Origin: an uncultured bacterium
Lineage (GTDB): Bacteria; Babelota; Babeliae; Babelales; Vermiphilaceae
Direction: 5' to 3'
NCBI GenBank assembly: GCA_963701085.1
Contig: OY969561.1
Span: 1,120,001 to 1,184,000, forward strand
DNA: 64,000 nt
Below, piece by piece: positions 52,672 to 63,205 of the stretch; the first letter of the stretch is position 1; every line of letters starts with the position of its first letter. The notes below the pieces were generated by a model. The model was not told the DNA's origin and did not search any database. It was given only the letters and a program-made list of their open reading frames with translations. A program made the translations under genes and the position numbers.

Positions 52672-54237
52672 TCAGTTATTGCTTAAGCTTTCTCCAATAG
52701 GCTCTTGGGCTTCTTGAAGATTTTTGTGATTTACGTACATGTGCATAATTAAGAGCGCTATTTCTTGCGGTAGCGTGTCACAACCTTCAATTGTATAGTT
52801 TTTGAGCAACAAGTATTTAGGAGTAGCCTCTTTTTTTATTTCAAATTCATTAACCATTTTTTTGAACCACATTTGTTGTCCTGCAAAATCGAATGCATTC
52901 TCCATTTTTTTTGTAAAAGAGTTATAGCTTTTTATGTAAGGATCTGCGTCATATTCTAATAATAATTGTGTAAGCTGTTGATCTTGGTACTTAACAGCAG
53001 ATATTAATGAAGTTTGCTCTGTATTTTTTTGTCGGAAGTTAGGCCTAAGACCCTTTTGTAGTAAGCGGTGTGCTTTGTTGAAGAGGTCATTGAATTCAGT
53101 ATTATTTTCCAAGAGACCATTGAAATCAATTTTATATGATGAAGGGGAGGACCAGCATTCAATACCATCTTTGATATGGAATGTAGAATTATTTTTCAAA
53201 AACTCAGAGACTGCATTATTTTTCACTAGTTTTTTTATTGTATTTCGTTTTTCTATAATGTTGAATAAGCGATCTTTCTGAGTGTCATAATGATAATGTA
53301 ATTGTTGTACAGTACGCATAATTGATTGCATTGTTTTTTGCGGCAATGTGGTATCGGTATAGTTTTTGAATGACCAGTATTTAAATAAATTATTTGTTGT
53401 AGCCATACGTTTCAGCCAACCTTTTGGTTCGCCTTCTTCAAATTCAAATGAGTTTTTACCACACCACCCATCACGTTTTTTATAAGGATTTGCGCCATAT
53501 TGTAATAATAAATGGGCAAGCGGTTTGTCATTGTTTGAAGAAGCATACATGAGAGCTGTTAATGGAAGGAATGTTCCATCGGCAGGCATGTTTTTTTCGC
53601 GTAACAACCGTTCCGTGATACATAATAATTCATTGCGTGTATTTTCATCGGATATAGCGCGTCGGCTTTCAGCAATAAGCTTCAATAGATAATTGCTGGT
53701 ATGCCATCCAAAATCTATTTTTTGTGCATGCGTTATGACTGTATGTGCTTTTTTAAATTGTAGATTATTATTATTAATGATCGCGTACAACAATGATTGG
53801 TCATTATTTCCCAGAACGATGCTAAAATACCACGGATCTTGTAAATCTTTTGCGGTGAATGGTTTGTATTTTTGGCGAATAATTGTGCAAAGATGATCTA
53901 TTTTTTTTTGTACTGTATGGCAACCTAGTTTTTTGATTATAAGGCTATAGCTATTACTGTAGTAGTCGGACGCGCATCCGGTTATTATTTTTTGCATGAC
54001 TTTTTCTTGGCCGTAATATTCATGAAAAAATTTGTTGGTCTCATACAGAGCACGGATATTTTCTTTGAGGTTGTTGATATTAGGTTTATGCTGCTTGCGG
54101 AGATGTTCGGTAACAGTCCATGCATTATCAGAGTTACGTAGTACCATTTCTAATGAGATGGCGGATGCTGGTATTTCCATTCCATGAACTGTTGGGTGTG
54201 CGATAAGTAAAAAAGAAAAAATTATTTTTTTATGCAT
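52672..54237 (-). CDS. Secreted ankyrin-repeat protein with duplicated module and F-box-like motifs
   Basis: LTALMYA...LLLQYGANPY; TSLISAV...LLLEYDADPY; TLPQEIALLI. Confidence 0.82.
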   Translation of the reverse strand: MHKKIIFSFLLIAHPTVHGMEIPASAISLEMVLRNSDNAWTVTEHLRKQHKPNINNLKENIRALYETNKFFHEYYGQEKVMQKIITGCASDYYSNSYSLIIKKLGCHTVQKKIDHLCTIIRQKYKPFTAKDLQDPWYFSIVLGNNDQSLLYAIINNNNLQFKKAHTVITHAQKIDFGWHTSNYLLKLIAESRRAISDENTRNELLCITERLLREKNMPADGTFLPLTALMYASSNNDKPLAHLLLQYGANPYKKRDGWCGKNSFEFEEGEPKGWLKRMATTNNLFKYWSFKNYTDTTLPQKTMQSIMRTVQQLHYHYDTQKDRLFNIIEKRNTIKKLVKNNAVSEFLKNNSTFHIKDGIECWSSPSSYKIDFNGLLENNTEFNDLFNKAHRLLQKGLRPNFRQKNTEQTSLISAVKYQDQQLTQLLLEYDADPYIKSYNSFTKKMENAFDFAGQQMWFKKMVNEFEIKKEATPKYLLLKNYTIEGCDTLPQEIALLIMHMYVNHKNLQEAQEPIGESLSNN

Positions 54238-55166
54238 GAATTTCTATTGTTTATTTTAAGTTTTTTATTTTCTGCAACTTCATCAATTATTTCCTGGAGC
54301 CAGCCTTCTTCTGGTTCAATATCAAAAGCATTTACCATTTTGTTTCTCAACCCACTATATGTTTCAAGATAAGGGTTGGCGCCATATTCTAATAATAATC
54401 GAACAAACTTTTTGCATGTAACTGAGTAGTTTAATGGAGTATATTGAGTTTTTCCTTCGCGACCATCAGGAAGAATTCCTTTTTTAAGTAAGCCTTGTGC
54501 AATAGTGAGCAGCTTCTTGCATTTTTTTTCGTCGAATTTTTCATGTAAGTCTAGCCAGAATAGGTGGTCAGCGATTTTGAATAAAGGATTTTTCCCATGA
54601 CCATAATTAAAAGATAATTTTTCTGTATTATTTAGTATGGTAATTGCTGTTTCTAGATTGAGATTGTCAATTGCTATATATACTAATGATCGATTGAGAG
54701 GTCGTCCATAGAATTTATAACCATACGTGGTAGTTATTGCTAGATACCAAGGATCCAGAAGATCATTTTCACTGAATTTTTTGTATCCAAAGCGAGCAGT
54801 ATCAGTAAAGTGTTTTATTTTGGCATATATTGCACGGCATTTTAATTCACGTGCAGTGCTTTTATCATTTGAATTATTATAACGTAAACATGATCTGATG
54901 ATCCCTTGTGCGATTTTTTCTTGAGCGTAATAATCGTGAAAAAATTTATTAGTGTCAGAAAGTGATCTAATATCTGTTCTTATGCCACACGGCTGATAGT
55001 TATGACTCATGCAGAGGTGGTCAGTAATTTGCGGTATAAGATCATCATTGAAAAGTACCATTGCGGTGTTAACCGCATCATTATTTTCAACAATGTTTGG
55101 TCTTTTCATGCCATGAGTTAATGTGTTTGTGATGAGTAGCAAAGAAAATAGTATCTGTTTATTCAT
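54222..55166 (-). CDS. Secreted ankyrin-repeat protein
   Basis: Signal peptide; TPLNYS...LLLEYGANPY. Confidence 0.82.
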   Translation of the reverse strand: MNKQILFSLLLITNTLTHGMKRPNIVENNDAVNTAMVLFNDDLIPQITDHLCMSHNYQPCGIRTDIRSLSDTNKFFHDYYAQEKIAQGIIRSCLRYNNSNDKSTARELKCRAIYAKIKHFTDTARFGYKKFSENDLLDPWYLAITTTYGYKFYGRPLNRSLVYIAIDNLNLETAITILNNTEKLSFNYGHGKNPLFKIADHLFWLDLHEKFDEKKCKKLLTIAQGLLKKGILPDGREGKTQYTPLNYSVTCKKFVRLLLEYGANPYLETYSGLRNKMVNAFDIEPEEGWLQEIIDEVAENKKLKINNRNSCIKK

Positions 55167-55200
55167 GTAATGATCTTTAAATCAATGTATGACCGAGTTG

Positions 55201-55554
55201 TTATAATTTGTGAGTTTGTCTGTTACGTAAAAAAATTGAAAGTTCCGTATCTCGAGCGCCATTCTTTTTTAAAAAGGTTTCACAGCGTTTACATCCATGA
55301 AGCGTTGCTGCTTCTAATGGTGTCATATCATAATACAAAGATGACATATCTGTTTCTTTTTTATTAATATTAGTACCTGTATAGATATGTTTTTTAATTT
55401 TTTCACATGCCTTATGACTGGAATTATCCCAATGATCAAAAATGCTCCCTTCGTGATGTGTATGATTTGAAACTTCTTTTTTGGTTTCCATGCATACATT
55501 ATGATGTGGGTGTGTCATGATGATTAAAGTAGCTGATATTATTATTCTTTTCAC
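55201..55554 (-). CDS. Small secreted ankyrin-repeat protein
   Basis: MTPLEAATLHG...FLKKNGA. Confidence 0.7.
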   Translation of the reverse strand: MKRIIISATLIIMTHPHHNVCMETKKEVSNHTHHEGSIFDHWDNSSHKACEKIKKHIYTGTNINKKETDMSSLYYDMTPLEAATLHGCKRCETFLKKNGARDTELSIFLRNRQTHKL

Positions 55555-55592
55555 AAAAATCCCGGGTTGTTTTTTTATCGTATTACAAATTG

Positions 55593-56570
55593 TTACAGAG
55601 TTATTTTAGTTTGATCTTCAATTGTTTTATATGAATTTTTACCAACTTCCCATACTTTATATCCAATAAGATCTATTAATTCCTGAAGTAATGTTAATTC
55701 TTCAAGATTATGATGTTTGAAGAGCAAATAGTTGAAAATTGTTTGTTGTTTATTGTCAACCATTTTTTTGAGCCAACCAGTTTCTTCTAAGTCAAAGGCA
55801 CTGCATATACGTTCATAATAATGTCCACAATAAATTTTGTTTACTACAATTTTACAAGGATCTGCATTATACCACAGTAATAAGTGTGCACATTCTTTAT
55901 CAATGGAGCTAGCGAGGACTGCTGCGATCAATGGAGTATTATACTTATTTGAGAGTTTAAAATTTGGATCAGCTCCATGTTCTAATAATAATTCTGCAAT
56001 TGTTAATAATTGTGTTGATTTAAATCTTTTTGCTCTCCTATCGTCACATATTGTGGTCAGTAAAGAGTTATTGATGTTATTTTTAACATCTGTTTTGGCA
56101 TGTATTAAAGTTTTTATTGTATCTAATTGTTGCGCGTGATATGCAGTAGTTAATAATGTTGATTTTGCATCTGCCCATATGGTTATGGTGCTGTTAAGAT
56201 ACCATGTATCTTTTAAGTCATCTTCAGTAAATATTTTGCCTTGCTTTGCTTTGTCAAAAAAGCAACGTATTTTGTTCCCGATTGCATTGTATTTCAAGCA
56301 ACAAGCTATGTTACAATCGCTTATATCATTCTGTAAAGCCATTTGTCTGATAATATTTTGTTGTGTTTTTTCACGGCTGTAATATTCGCATAACGTTGTA
56401 TCAGCCATTGCTAATGAATCAATATCTTTTTTTTCAACCAAAAAAATGTGCGCATTGCAGATTTGTTCAGTGATATGAAACAGCATATTGGGATCATGAA
56501 GTACAGTCAGTTCCATGCTCTGTAGCGCTGTGCTGGTGAGTAGTAAAGAAAAAAATAGTTGTTTTATCAT
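55593..56570 (-). CDS. Secreted ankyrin-repeat protein
   Basis: Probable start ATG 56570 (MIKQLFFSLLL); LLLEHGADPN, TPLIAA. Confidence 0.82.
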   Translation of the reverse strand: MIKQLFFSLLLTSTALQSMELTVLHDPNMLFHITEQICNAHIFLVEKKDIDSLAMADTTLCEYYSREKTQQNIIRQMALQNDISDCNIACCLKYNAIGNKIRCFFDKAKQGKIFTEDDLKDTWYLNSTITIWADAKSTLLTTAYHAQQLDTIKTLIHAKTDVKNNINNSLLTTICDDRRAKRFKSTQLLTIAELLLEHGADPNFKLSNKYNTPLIAAVLASSIDKECAHLLLWYNADPCKIVVNKIYCGHYYERICSAFDLEETGWLKKMVDNKQQTIFNYLLFKHHNLEELTLLQELIDLIGYKVWEVGKNSYKTIEDQTKITL

Positions 56571-56592
56571 GTGAAAATCATGAGGGTAAGAA

Positions 56593-57513
56593 TTAAGTAA
56601 TTTTTTTGCTTTTTGCAACATCGTCAACCATTGCCCGGAACCATTTCTGAGATTCTTCATTTCCACAATTAAAGGCATTTTGGAGCCATGGTTTTTTTTC
56701 ATTGAATGTAGGTAGTATTGTATCAATGGGATATTGTTTTGCAGCCTGCTTAATAGTATAAAAATCTCTATGCTTATAATAGTGCTCATTAAATAATAAT
56801 AAATAAGGGTTCGCTTCATGTTCTAATAATAATCGAGCAAACTCTTTATGGTTTTCCCAAATGCAGATCATGAGCGGAGTGTGTGATGTAATAGTAGGAC
56901 GATCATCTGGATTAGCTTTTTTATGAAGTAATAGCTGGGCAATAAGAAGATTGAGGTTATTAAATTCGCTTCCTTTAGATTTTAGCAGCGATTTGGCTGT
57001 AGACCATAGTGAGCAGGTATTGCTGTCTGCATTGATGTCACTTATGAGCTCAGTTAACATTGTTACATTTGTTATCTGAGCGGCTTCTATAGCGGTACGC
57101 AATAGCGAACGCTGCCAGGAGCTTTTTGTGGCAGTGAGGTACCAGTTATCTTGCAAATCTTCTGGACTAAAGGATTTATTTTTATCAGAAGCAATAGAGA
57201 AAAGATATTCTATTTTGTTGAGTATTGTTTTTTGACCTAAATATTCTGCTGCCCATTGATCGCATATACAATGGCCTCGCGCTACCATTCTGACTATATT
57301 TTTTACATTGTTTTCATAATAAATGCAGAGCGCTTTATTAGTTTGAGAGAGCGTGCCAATCTCTTTTTTGAAGTTAGATGGTTTCATGTCATGAGCAGCG
57401 CACAGTTTTTCAGTAACATGAAACAGTATATCGTGATTATGAAGTACAGTCAGTTCCATGCTATGGATTGCTGTGCTGGTGAGTGCTAAAGAAAAAAGTA
57501 GTTGTTTTATCAT
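56593..57513 (-). CDS. Secreted ankyrin-repeat protein
   Basis: MIKQLLFSLAL signal; TPLMICI...LLLEHEANPY. Confidence 0.82.
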   Translation of the reverse strand: MIKQLLFSLALTSTAIHSMELTVLHNHDILFHVTEKLCAAHDMKPSNFKKEIGTLSQTNKALCIYYENNVKNIVRMVARGHCICDQWAAEYLGQKTILNKIEYLFSIASDKNKSFSPEDLQDNWYLTATKSSWQRSLLRTAIEAAQITNVTMLTELISDINADSNTCSLWSTAKSLLKSKGSEFNNLNLLIAQLLLHKKANPDDRPTITSHTPLMICIWENHKEFARLLLEHEANPYLLLFNEHYYKHRDFYTIKQAAKQYPIDTILPTFNEKKPWLQNAFNCGNEESQKWFRAMVDDVAKSKKIT

Positions 57514-57534
57514 GTGAAGTCCTGAGGATAAGTG

Positions 57535-58368
57535 TTAACTGTTTTGTTTATTTTTCTCAATTTCATAGATGAGGCCTGCAAGCCAATGATCTTGTTTGTT
57601 AAAAAGTTCTTCTATTTCAAATGCATCAGAGGCAATCCATTTTAAGTGGGGATTTGCTCCGTGTTCTAATGCTAAACGAGCTACATTTTTATTCTTACTG
57701 CCCACTGCAATGTGGAGTAATGTTGGAGAATAACATCCCTCTTTGCGGCTATCGGGATGAATTTTATTTTCCAATAAGAGCTTAATAATATCGAGGCAGT
57801 CTTCTTTTTGCAGTGCTTCTGCATCTTCACAACATTGTGTGGTAATTAAGACTAAAGGATTTTCCGAGCATCGTGCATTATTGCAATTAATGCCGGCAGT
57901 AATGAGGAGTTTTGCTTTGGTGAATTCACGCTTTTTTATTGCATCCAACAATAATGTGCTATCGTTTGGATAATTCATTGTAGTACTATTAAGGTACCAA
58001 CTATCTTGTACATCATTCTCAGTAAGTTCTTGATCTTTATTTATTTTGGTAAAAATAGTATCTATTTTACCTGCTATTGTTTTGTAACGAAAAAAATCTG
58101 CTATCGAACGATCGCTCATATTTTTATATATCGCCATTTGTCTGACAATGTTTTGTTTGGTTTTTTCAAGGTTATAATATGTATATAACGTTTTATTAGT
58201 TTTTGAGAATGCGGCAATATCCTTTCTTGTTCGTGTTATATGACATTGATTAATATTGCAAATTTGTTCAGTAATGCAGTTGAATGGCTCTGTATAAGAT
58301 AGCACCAGTTCCATGCTCTGTAGCGCTGTGCTGGTGAGTAGTAAAGAAAAAAATAGTTGTTTTATCAT
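57535..58368 (-). CDS. Secreted ankyrin-repeat protein
   Basis: Signal identical to the 56570 gene; TLLHIAV...LALEHGANP. Confidence 0.82.
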   Translation of the reverse strand: MIKQLFFSLLLTSTALQSMELVLSYTEPFNCITEQICNINQCHITRTRKDIAAFSKTNKTLYTYYNLEKTKQNIVRQMAIYKNMSDRSIADFFRYKTIAGKIDTIFTKINKDQELTENDVQDSWYLNSTTMNYPNDSTLLLDAIKKREFTKAKLLITAGINCNNARCSENPLVLITTQCCEDAEALQKEDCLDIIKLLLENKIHPDSRKEGCYSPTLLHIAVGSKNKNVARLALEHGANPHLKWIASDAFEIEELFNKQDHWLAGLIYEIEKNKQNS

Positions 58369-58401
58369 GTGAAAATCCTGAAATTTATTTTATTTGGTTT
58401 G

Positions 58402-60846
58402 TTATCGTATTACAAAGCTAATCAAGCGGTCTTTAACAAAAACAACTTTGATAACGTTTTTATCTTTAAGCCAATTACTGATTGCGGCGCGTGCTAATGG
58501 CTCAACAGCAGATTGTTCAGCATTGCGTTCTACCGTAACGTTACCGCGCATTTTTCCATTAACTTGAATAACTATTTCTACATTATTTTCATACGTATAT
58601 TCAGGATTTGCATATGACCAGGTGCAATCTTGCAATTGTTTGTTAAGTAATTGCTCAAGTAGTTCACTTGCCATGTGCGGAGCCATTACTGAGAGAGCAA
58701 CGATTACTTTTTCAGCTGAGTCGTGGCTCAATTGCATTGTGGTGCTTGTTGCATCATTAATCCATTCCATAAATGCAGAAAGTGCGGTGTTAGGCTTGAA
58801 CAGATCAATGCGTTCTTGGAAATCTTGTAATAGTTTGTGCACGCGACGTGTAACTACTAATTCTTCTTGTTGTCCTTTTGGTAATAGTGTGCCCGGTTTT
58901 ACCAAGTAATCATGCAGACGGTGTGCAAAACGTTTTACACCTTCAACGCCATTATCTTGCCATTCACAATCAAGTTCAGGTGGTCCCATAAAAAGAATAT
59001 ACATGCGCAACACATCAGAACCATAGTGTGCAACCATATCATCAGGGCTGACAACATTGCCTTTTGATTTTGACATCTTTTCCACAAGGCCTGATTTTTC
59101 TGAGTATTTTAATACCATTCCCTGATTAAAAAGATGCTTGAACGGTTCATCAAATGGTAAATGTCCCAAATCATGCAATACTTTTACCCAGAAACGTGCG
59201 TATAACAAATGTAAAATTGCATGCTCAACACCGCCAACATATAAATCAACAGGTAACCAGTAATTCATATCAGCTGGATCCCATGGTTTATCTTTTAAGT
59301 GTGGATTTGGGTAGCGCAAGAAGTACCAGCATGATCCCGCCCATTGCGGCATGGTATTGGTCTCACGCTTTGCAGGGCCATTACAGTTTGGACATGTAAC
59401 ATTAACCCAATCATGCACTGCAGCAAGGGGGGATTCACCGGTTCCTGTTGGTTGATAATGTTCAATGTATGGTAATGTTACCGGAAGTTGATCTTCTGGC
59501 ACGGGAACGACACCGCATTTTTGACAATGAATGAGTGGTATTGGTTCACCCCAATAACGTTGACGAGAGAATATCCAGTCACGTAATTTATAGTTTGTTT
59601 TTTTTGTTGCAAGCCCAGCGTTGACAAGAAAATCAATGATTGCATTTTTACCCATTGATTGCGCTCGCATGTTATTAAAGCGATCACTATTAATTAATGC
59701 GCCATCGCCGGTATATGCTGCAATAATAATGCCATCATAATCACGCTTGATATCGGGTGAACTGATAACCTCTCTGATTGGTAATCCACATTGTTGTGCA
59801 AATTCAAAATCACGTTCACAGTGAGCTGGTACACCCATTACAATACCGGTACCGTAATCAGCAATTACAAAGCTGGAAAGATACACAGGAATTTCTTCAT
59901 TGTTAATTGGGTTTATTGCATAGCTACCGGTGAATATGCCAGTTTTTTCTTTATCAGTCATGCGTTCAAGTGGAGACATGGTGTTGACGTGAGTGCGATA
60001 TTCTTCAACTGCTGCACGATATTCTGGTGTGGTGATCACATCAACAAGATCATGTTCAGGAGCCATGACGAGAAATGTTACACCATATATTGTTTCTGCA
60101 CAGGTGGTATAAACGGGAAGGTTGATTGTTGTAGTATTGCTTTGGGTAGTAAACGTGATGATTGCGCCTTCACTTTTGCCAATCCAGTTGCGCTGCATCA
60201 GTTTAACTTTTTCAGGCCAATCAAGGGTATCAAGACCAGTTAATAATTTTTCAGCGTAAGCAGTGATTTTTAATATCCATTGTCTGATGGTACGTTGGAT
60301 GACTTCCGTTCCACAACGTTCACATTTGCCATCAACAACTTCTTCATTGGCAAGACCGGTTAAGCATGATGAGCACCAGTTGATTGGTGCATTGTCTTCA
60401 TACGCAAGGCCAGCTTTGAATATTTGTAAAAAGATCCATTGTGTCCATTTATAATAATCAGGATCAGTTGTATTAAGTTCTTTATCCCAATCATATAATG
60501 CAGCAATTTCTTGTAGCTGTTTTTTAAAATGAGCAATGTTAGCAGCAGTTCCTTCTGCGGGTTGAATGCCTTTTTTTATTGCATCATTTTCTGCAGGGAG
60601 TCCAAATGCATCCCATCCCATTGGATGTAAAATATTGTAGCCTTCAAGCCATTTGATACGCGTGTAAACATCGGAGAGTACATATCCACGCCAATGCCCC
60701 ACATGCAATCCGCTGCCGGATGGATAGGGGAACATGTCTAAGCAATAAAATTTCTTTCCGCTGTGAGAGGATTTTGCTTGCGCATCTGGATGGGTTTGCC
60801 ACTTCTTTTGCCATTTTTTTTCAACTGCTGATATATCATAACTCAT
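58402..60846 (-). CDS. leuS: Leucine--tRNA ligase
   Basis: [39 protein letters not shown]. Confidence 0.97.
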   Translation of the reverse strand: MSYDISAVEKKWQKKWQTHPDAQAKSSHSGKKFYCLDMFPYPSGSGLHVGHWRGYVLSDVYTRIKWLEGYNILHPMGWDAFGLPAENDAIKKGIQPAEGTAANIAHFKKQLQEIAALYDWDKELNTTDPDYYKWTQWIFLQIFKAGLAYEDNAPINWCSSCLTGLANEEVVDGKCERCGTEVIQRTIRQWILKITAYAEKLLTGLDTLDWPEKVKLMQRNWIGKSEGAIITFTTQSNTTTINLPVYTTCAETIYGVTFLVMAPEHDLVDVITTPEYRAAVEEYRTHVNTMSPLERMTDKEKTGIFTGSYAINPINNEEIPVYLSSFVIADYGTGIVMGVPAHCERDFEFAQQCGLPIREVISSPDIKRDYDGIIIAAYTGDGALINSDRFNNMRAQSMGKNAIIDFLVNAGLATKKTNYKLRDWIFSRQRYWGEPIPLIHCQKCGVVPVPEDQLPVTLPYIEHYQPTGTGESPLAAVHDWVNVTCPNCNGPAKRETNTMPQWAGSCWYFLRYPNPHLKDKPWDPADMNYWLPVDLYVGGVEHAILHLLYARFWVKVLHDLGHLPFDEPFKHLFNQGMVLKYSEKSGLVEKMSKSKGNVVSPDDMVAHYGSDVLRMYILFMGPPELDCEWQDNGVEGVKRFAHRLHDYLVKPGTLLPKGQQEELVVTRRVHKLLQDFQERIDLFKPNTALSAFMEWINDATSTTMQLSHDSAEKVIVALSVMAPHMASELLEQLLNKQLQDCTWSYANPEYTYENNVEIVIQVNGKMRGNVTVERNAEQSAVEPLARAAISNWLKDKNVIKVVFVKDRLISFVIR

Positions 60847-60929
60847 TAAAAATTCCCTTAGATCTTATCTAAAAAACTGTTATATATAACAATTTTAGAG
60901 GTTTCTTGGAAAAAAGTAACCCTCCTTTG

Positions 60930-61157
60930 TTAAAGCTTACTCTTTCGCATAAAGCTTCGGAGTACACATTTGGAGGGCGGGGTATTAAAAATGGTATTAT
61001 TTTTTGTAAATTGTGCCTGAATAACTTCTGTGAGTGCGAGTAAAAAGACGCGTTGGTCAGGATCTTTTGATGCTTCATTGAGATATGCGAGTGCTTTTTT
61101 TGGATCTTGTAATACATTGAGCAAGTATTCTTGAAAGTCTTTGTGTTGTTTTTTCAT
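60930..61157 (-). pseudogene. Truncated addiction-module antidote-like gene ending in a family-B repeat
   Basis: YLLNVLQDPKKALAYLNEA...FLLALTEVIQAQ resembles antitoxin N-termini; HTH missing; repeat at about 60940-60978. Confidence 0.5.
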
Positions 61158-61189
61158 ATATTAAAAGTAACACAAAGACTTTTTTCGGT

Positions 61190-61588
61190 CTATTGCTGGC
61201 GGGCGGTTTCTTTGAGTTCAGTCAGCCATGCAAACATGATATAACCAAATGCAATGGCAACATCGCGCAAAATAATATCATACATGCCGCCAATCATGAA
61301 TAAATTGATGATCACAGCACCGATCCATGCTGCAACAAGGTATGCGCCAAAACGTGGGTATTTGGTAAGGATAAGTAGGCCGGCAACAATTTCAATAATG
61401 CCAATTACGGGGACAAAGTAAGCTATTGGAAAATATGATGCCACAAAAGGACTTACGTAGATATTCCAGTTAACAATGTAAAAGGCGAATTTATCAGCGC
61501 CTATTAATACTGGAACAAGACCATAGATATATCGTGCAATAGTCCACATGCGATTAAATTTGTTTTCATTGATAATCATCATAACCAC
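61190..61588 (-). CDS. DoxX-like membrane protein
   Basis: GADKF, GIIEIVAGL, YDIILRD; four TM segments. Confidence 0.75.
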   Translation of the reverse strand: MVMMIINENKFNRMWTIARYIYGLVPVLIGADKFAFYIVNWNIYVSPFVASYFPIAYFVPVIGIIEIVAGLLILTKYPRFGAYLVAAWIGAVIINLFMIGGMYDIILRDVAIAFGYIMFAWLTELKETARQQ

Positions 61589-61695
61589 AACTCCTCTATT
61601 ATTTTTATGAAACTGGGAACTGCTTTAGGCATACCATATCATTGCTAATATTGTCACTCGATTTATACTGGAAGTATATAATTGTAAGGAGAAAT

Positions 61696-62385
61696 ATGCA
61701 GATAACTACTTCGCAACAATCCTCCTACGCCAAGGCTACGGAGGACAGGCAAAATAAGCCATTACATGATGAACATATTCTTGTAGTGTGCCGTTCACAT
61801 TTTTTTACCGCAGATACGCCAGCATGGCATGGGTTAAAAGAGGTTAACTTTGATGATTACATGCACATTATTAATCATCGCAAAGAGTTTCATCCACGTT
61901 CCATTATGGAAACAGATCCAACATACAAACAAATTATTCCCTATCTTATTTTTGAGCATGATAATCATTATTTTTTGATGCAGCGCAAATCAGATGCGTC
62001 AGAAAGCAGATTGCGTAATAAGTTAACTCTTGGCATTGGCGGGCATATTCGTGAGGAGGATATGTCCTCCTTCGCCGAGGCTTCGGAGAACAAGCAAGAA
62101 AATTCATTATTTGCATGGGCAACGCGTGAGTTTCATGAAGAAGTAAATTATGCAGGTAATTTGAAAGTACTGCCTTTGGGAATTATTAATGATGATTCAG
62201 ATGATGTTGGCAAGGTGCATATTGGCTTTGCATTTTTGCTACGCGGTGATTCATCTGATATCAGCATTAAATCAGAATTAAAAAGTGGCATTCTTGTTTC
62301 TTTGGATGAATGTATTGCGCAAAAAGAATGTATGGAAAGTTGGAGCCAGTTTGTACTAGAATTTTTACAACAACAGAAACAATAA
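61696..62385 (+). CDS. NUDIX-family phosphoesterase with two in-frame family-B inserts
   Basis: ETDPTYKQIIPY, GIGGHI, REFHEE, INDD, VGKVHIG. Confidence 0.85.
   Translation: MQITTSQQSSYAKATEDRQNKPLHDEHILVVCRSHFFTADTPAWHGLKEVNFDDYMHIINHRKEFHPRSIMETDPTYKQIIPYLIFEHDNHYFLMQRKSDASESRLRNKLTLGIGGHIREEDMSSFAEASENKQENSLFAWATREFHEEVNYAGNLKVLPLGIINDDSDDVGKVHIGFAFLLRGDSSDISIKSELKSGILVSLDECIAQKECMESWSQFVLEFLQQQKQ
61720..61749 (+). repeat. In-frame family-B insert
   Basis: tcctcctacgccaaggctacggaggacagg = SSYAKATEDR. Confidence 0.9.
62065..62094 (+). repeat. In-frame family-B insert
   Basis: tcctccttcgccgaggcttcggagaacaag = SSFAEASENK. Confidence 0.9.
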
Positions 62386-62411
62386 TTAACATAAAACACA
62401 AAGGGTTCATC

Positions 62412-62795
62412 ATGGAACAGTCAACAGCAGTAGAATTGGGTAAACTTATCAAAGCGCAAGCTATGTTTGAGCGGTTTCGTCGTGATATGCAGGATGATAG
62501 AGATCAGATGGGAGCGGTTTTAGCATTTAAAATTTGTTATGAATTAGCATTGAGAGTGATGGAAGCTGTTTTGGCAGCTGAGGGTCTAGAAGCAACATCG
62601 CCAAAAGATATATTTAGAAAAGCGGTTGTTGCAAAAATAATTGCTGATCCTGAAGTATGGTTTAGTTTTCAAGGAAAAAGAAACCTGACAGCACATGCGT
62701 ATGAACAAGAAAATCTTACTGCTATTGTAGCAATTTTTGATCTGTTTTCTGCAGAGCTTAACAAGCTGGTCGAACATTGCAATGTTCAAAAATAG
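62412..62795 (+). CDS. HI0074-family HEPN (nucleotidyltransferase substrate-binding) protein
   Basis: GAVLAFKICYEL, SPKDIFR, RNLTAHAY (RX4H). Confidence 0.82.
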   Translation: MEQSTAVELGKLIKAQAMFERFRRDMQDDRDQMGAVLAFKICYELALRVMEAVLAAEGLEATSPKDIFRKAVVAKIIADPEVWFSFQGKRNLTAHAYEQENLTAIVAIFDLFSAELNKLVEHCNVQK

Positions 62796-62816
62796 GCTTT
62801 GCATAAAAGGAATTAC

Positions 62817-63176
62817 ATGGCCGATGCAACAACAACCGTAGAATCATTAAAAAATGATGTTAAAAAATTTGTTGAAGATCGTGAATGGCAACAATTTCAT
62901 AGCCCAAAAAATTTGAGCATGGCGCTTGCATCAGAAGCGGCGGAAGTTATGGATCTTTTTTTGTGGTGTGAAAGTGCTGCATCATATGATGAGTTAGAAA
63001 AACGCAGACAAGATGTTGAATATGAAATTGCTGATGTGGCAGTTTTATTGTTGGCATTTTGTGTGCGTCATAATATTGATCTGAGTGCTGCTATTGCGCA
63101 TAAGCGTATTGAGGCTGCACGTAAATATCCCATTGAAAAATGCAAAGGGAAGTCGCTGAAATATGATCAGTTGTAG
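62817..63176 (+). CDS. MazG-like nucleotide pyrophosphohydrolase (dCTP pyrophosphatase type)
   Basis: REWQQFHSPKNL, EAAE, EIADV, KYP...KG...KY. Confidence 0.9.
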   Translation: MADATTTVESLKNDVKKFVEDREWQQFHSPKNLSMALASEAAEVMDLFLWCESAASYDELEKRRQDVEYEIADVAVLLLAFCVRHNIDLSAAIAHKRIEAARKYPIEKCKGKSLKYDQL

Positions 63177-63205
63177 AATTGTTTTCAGAATTTCTTCGAG
63201 AAAAA

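Noticed and set aside
56571-56819. Long overlap of two ankyrin ORFs
   Set aside because: The signal-peptide start at 56570 matches the paralogs; the upstream part is incidental open frame
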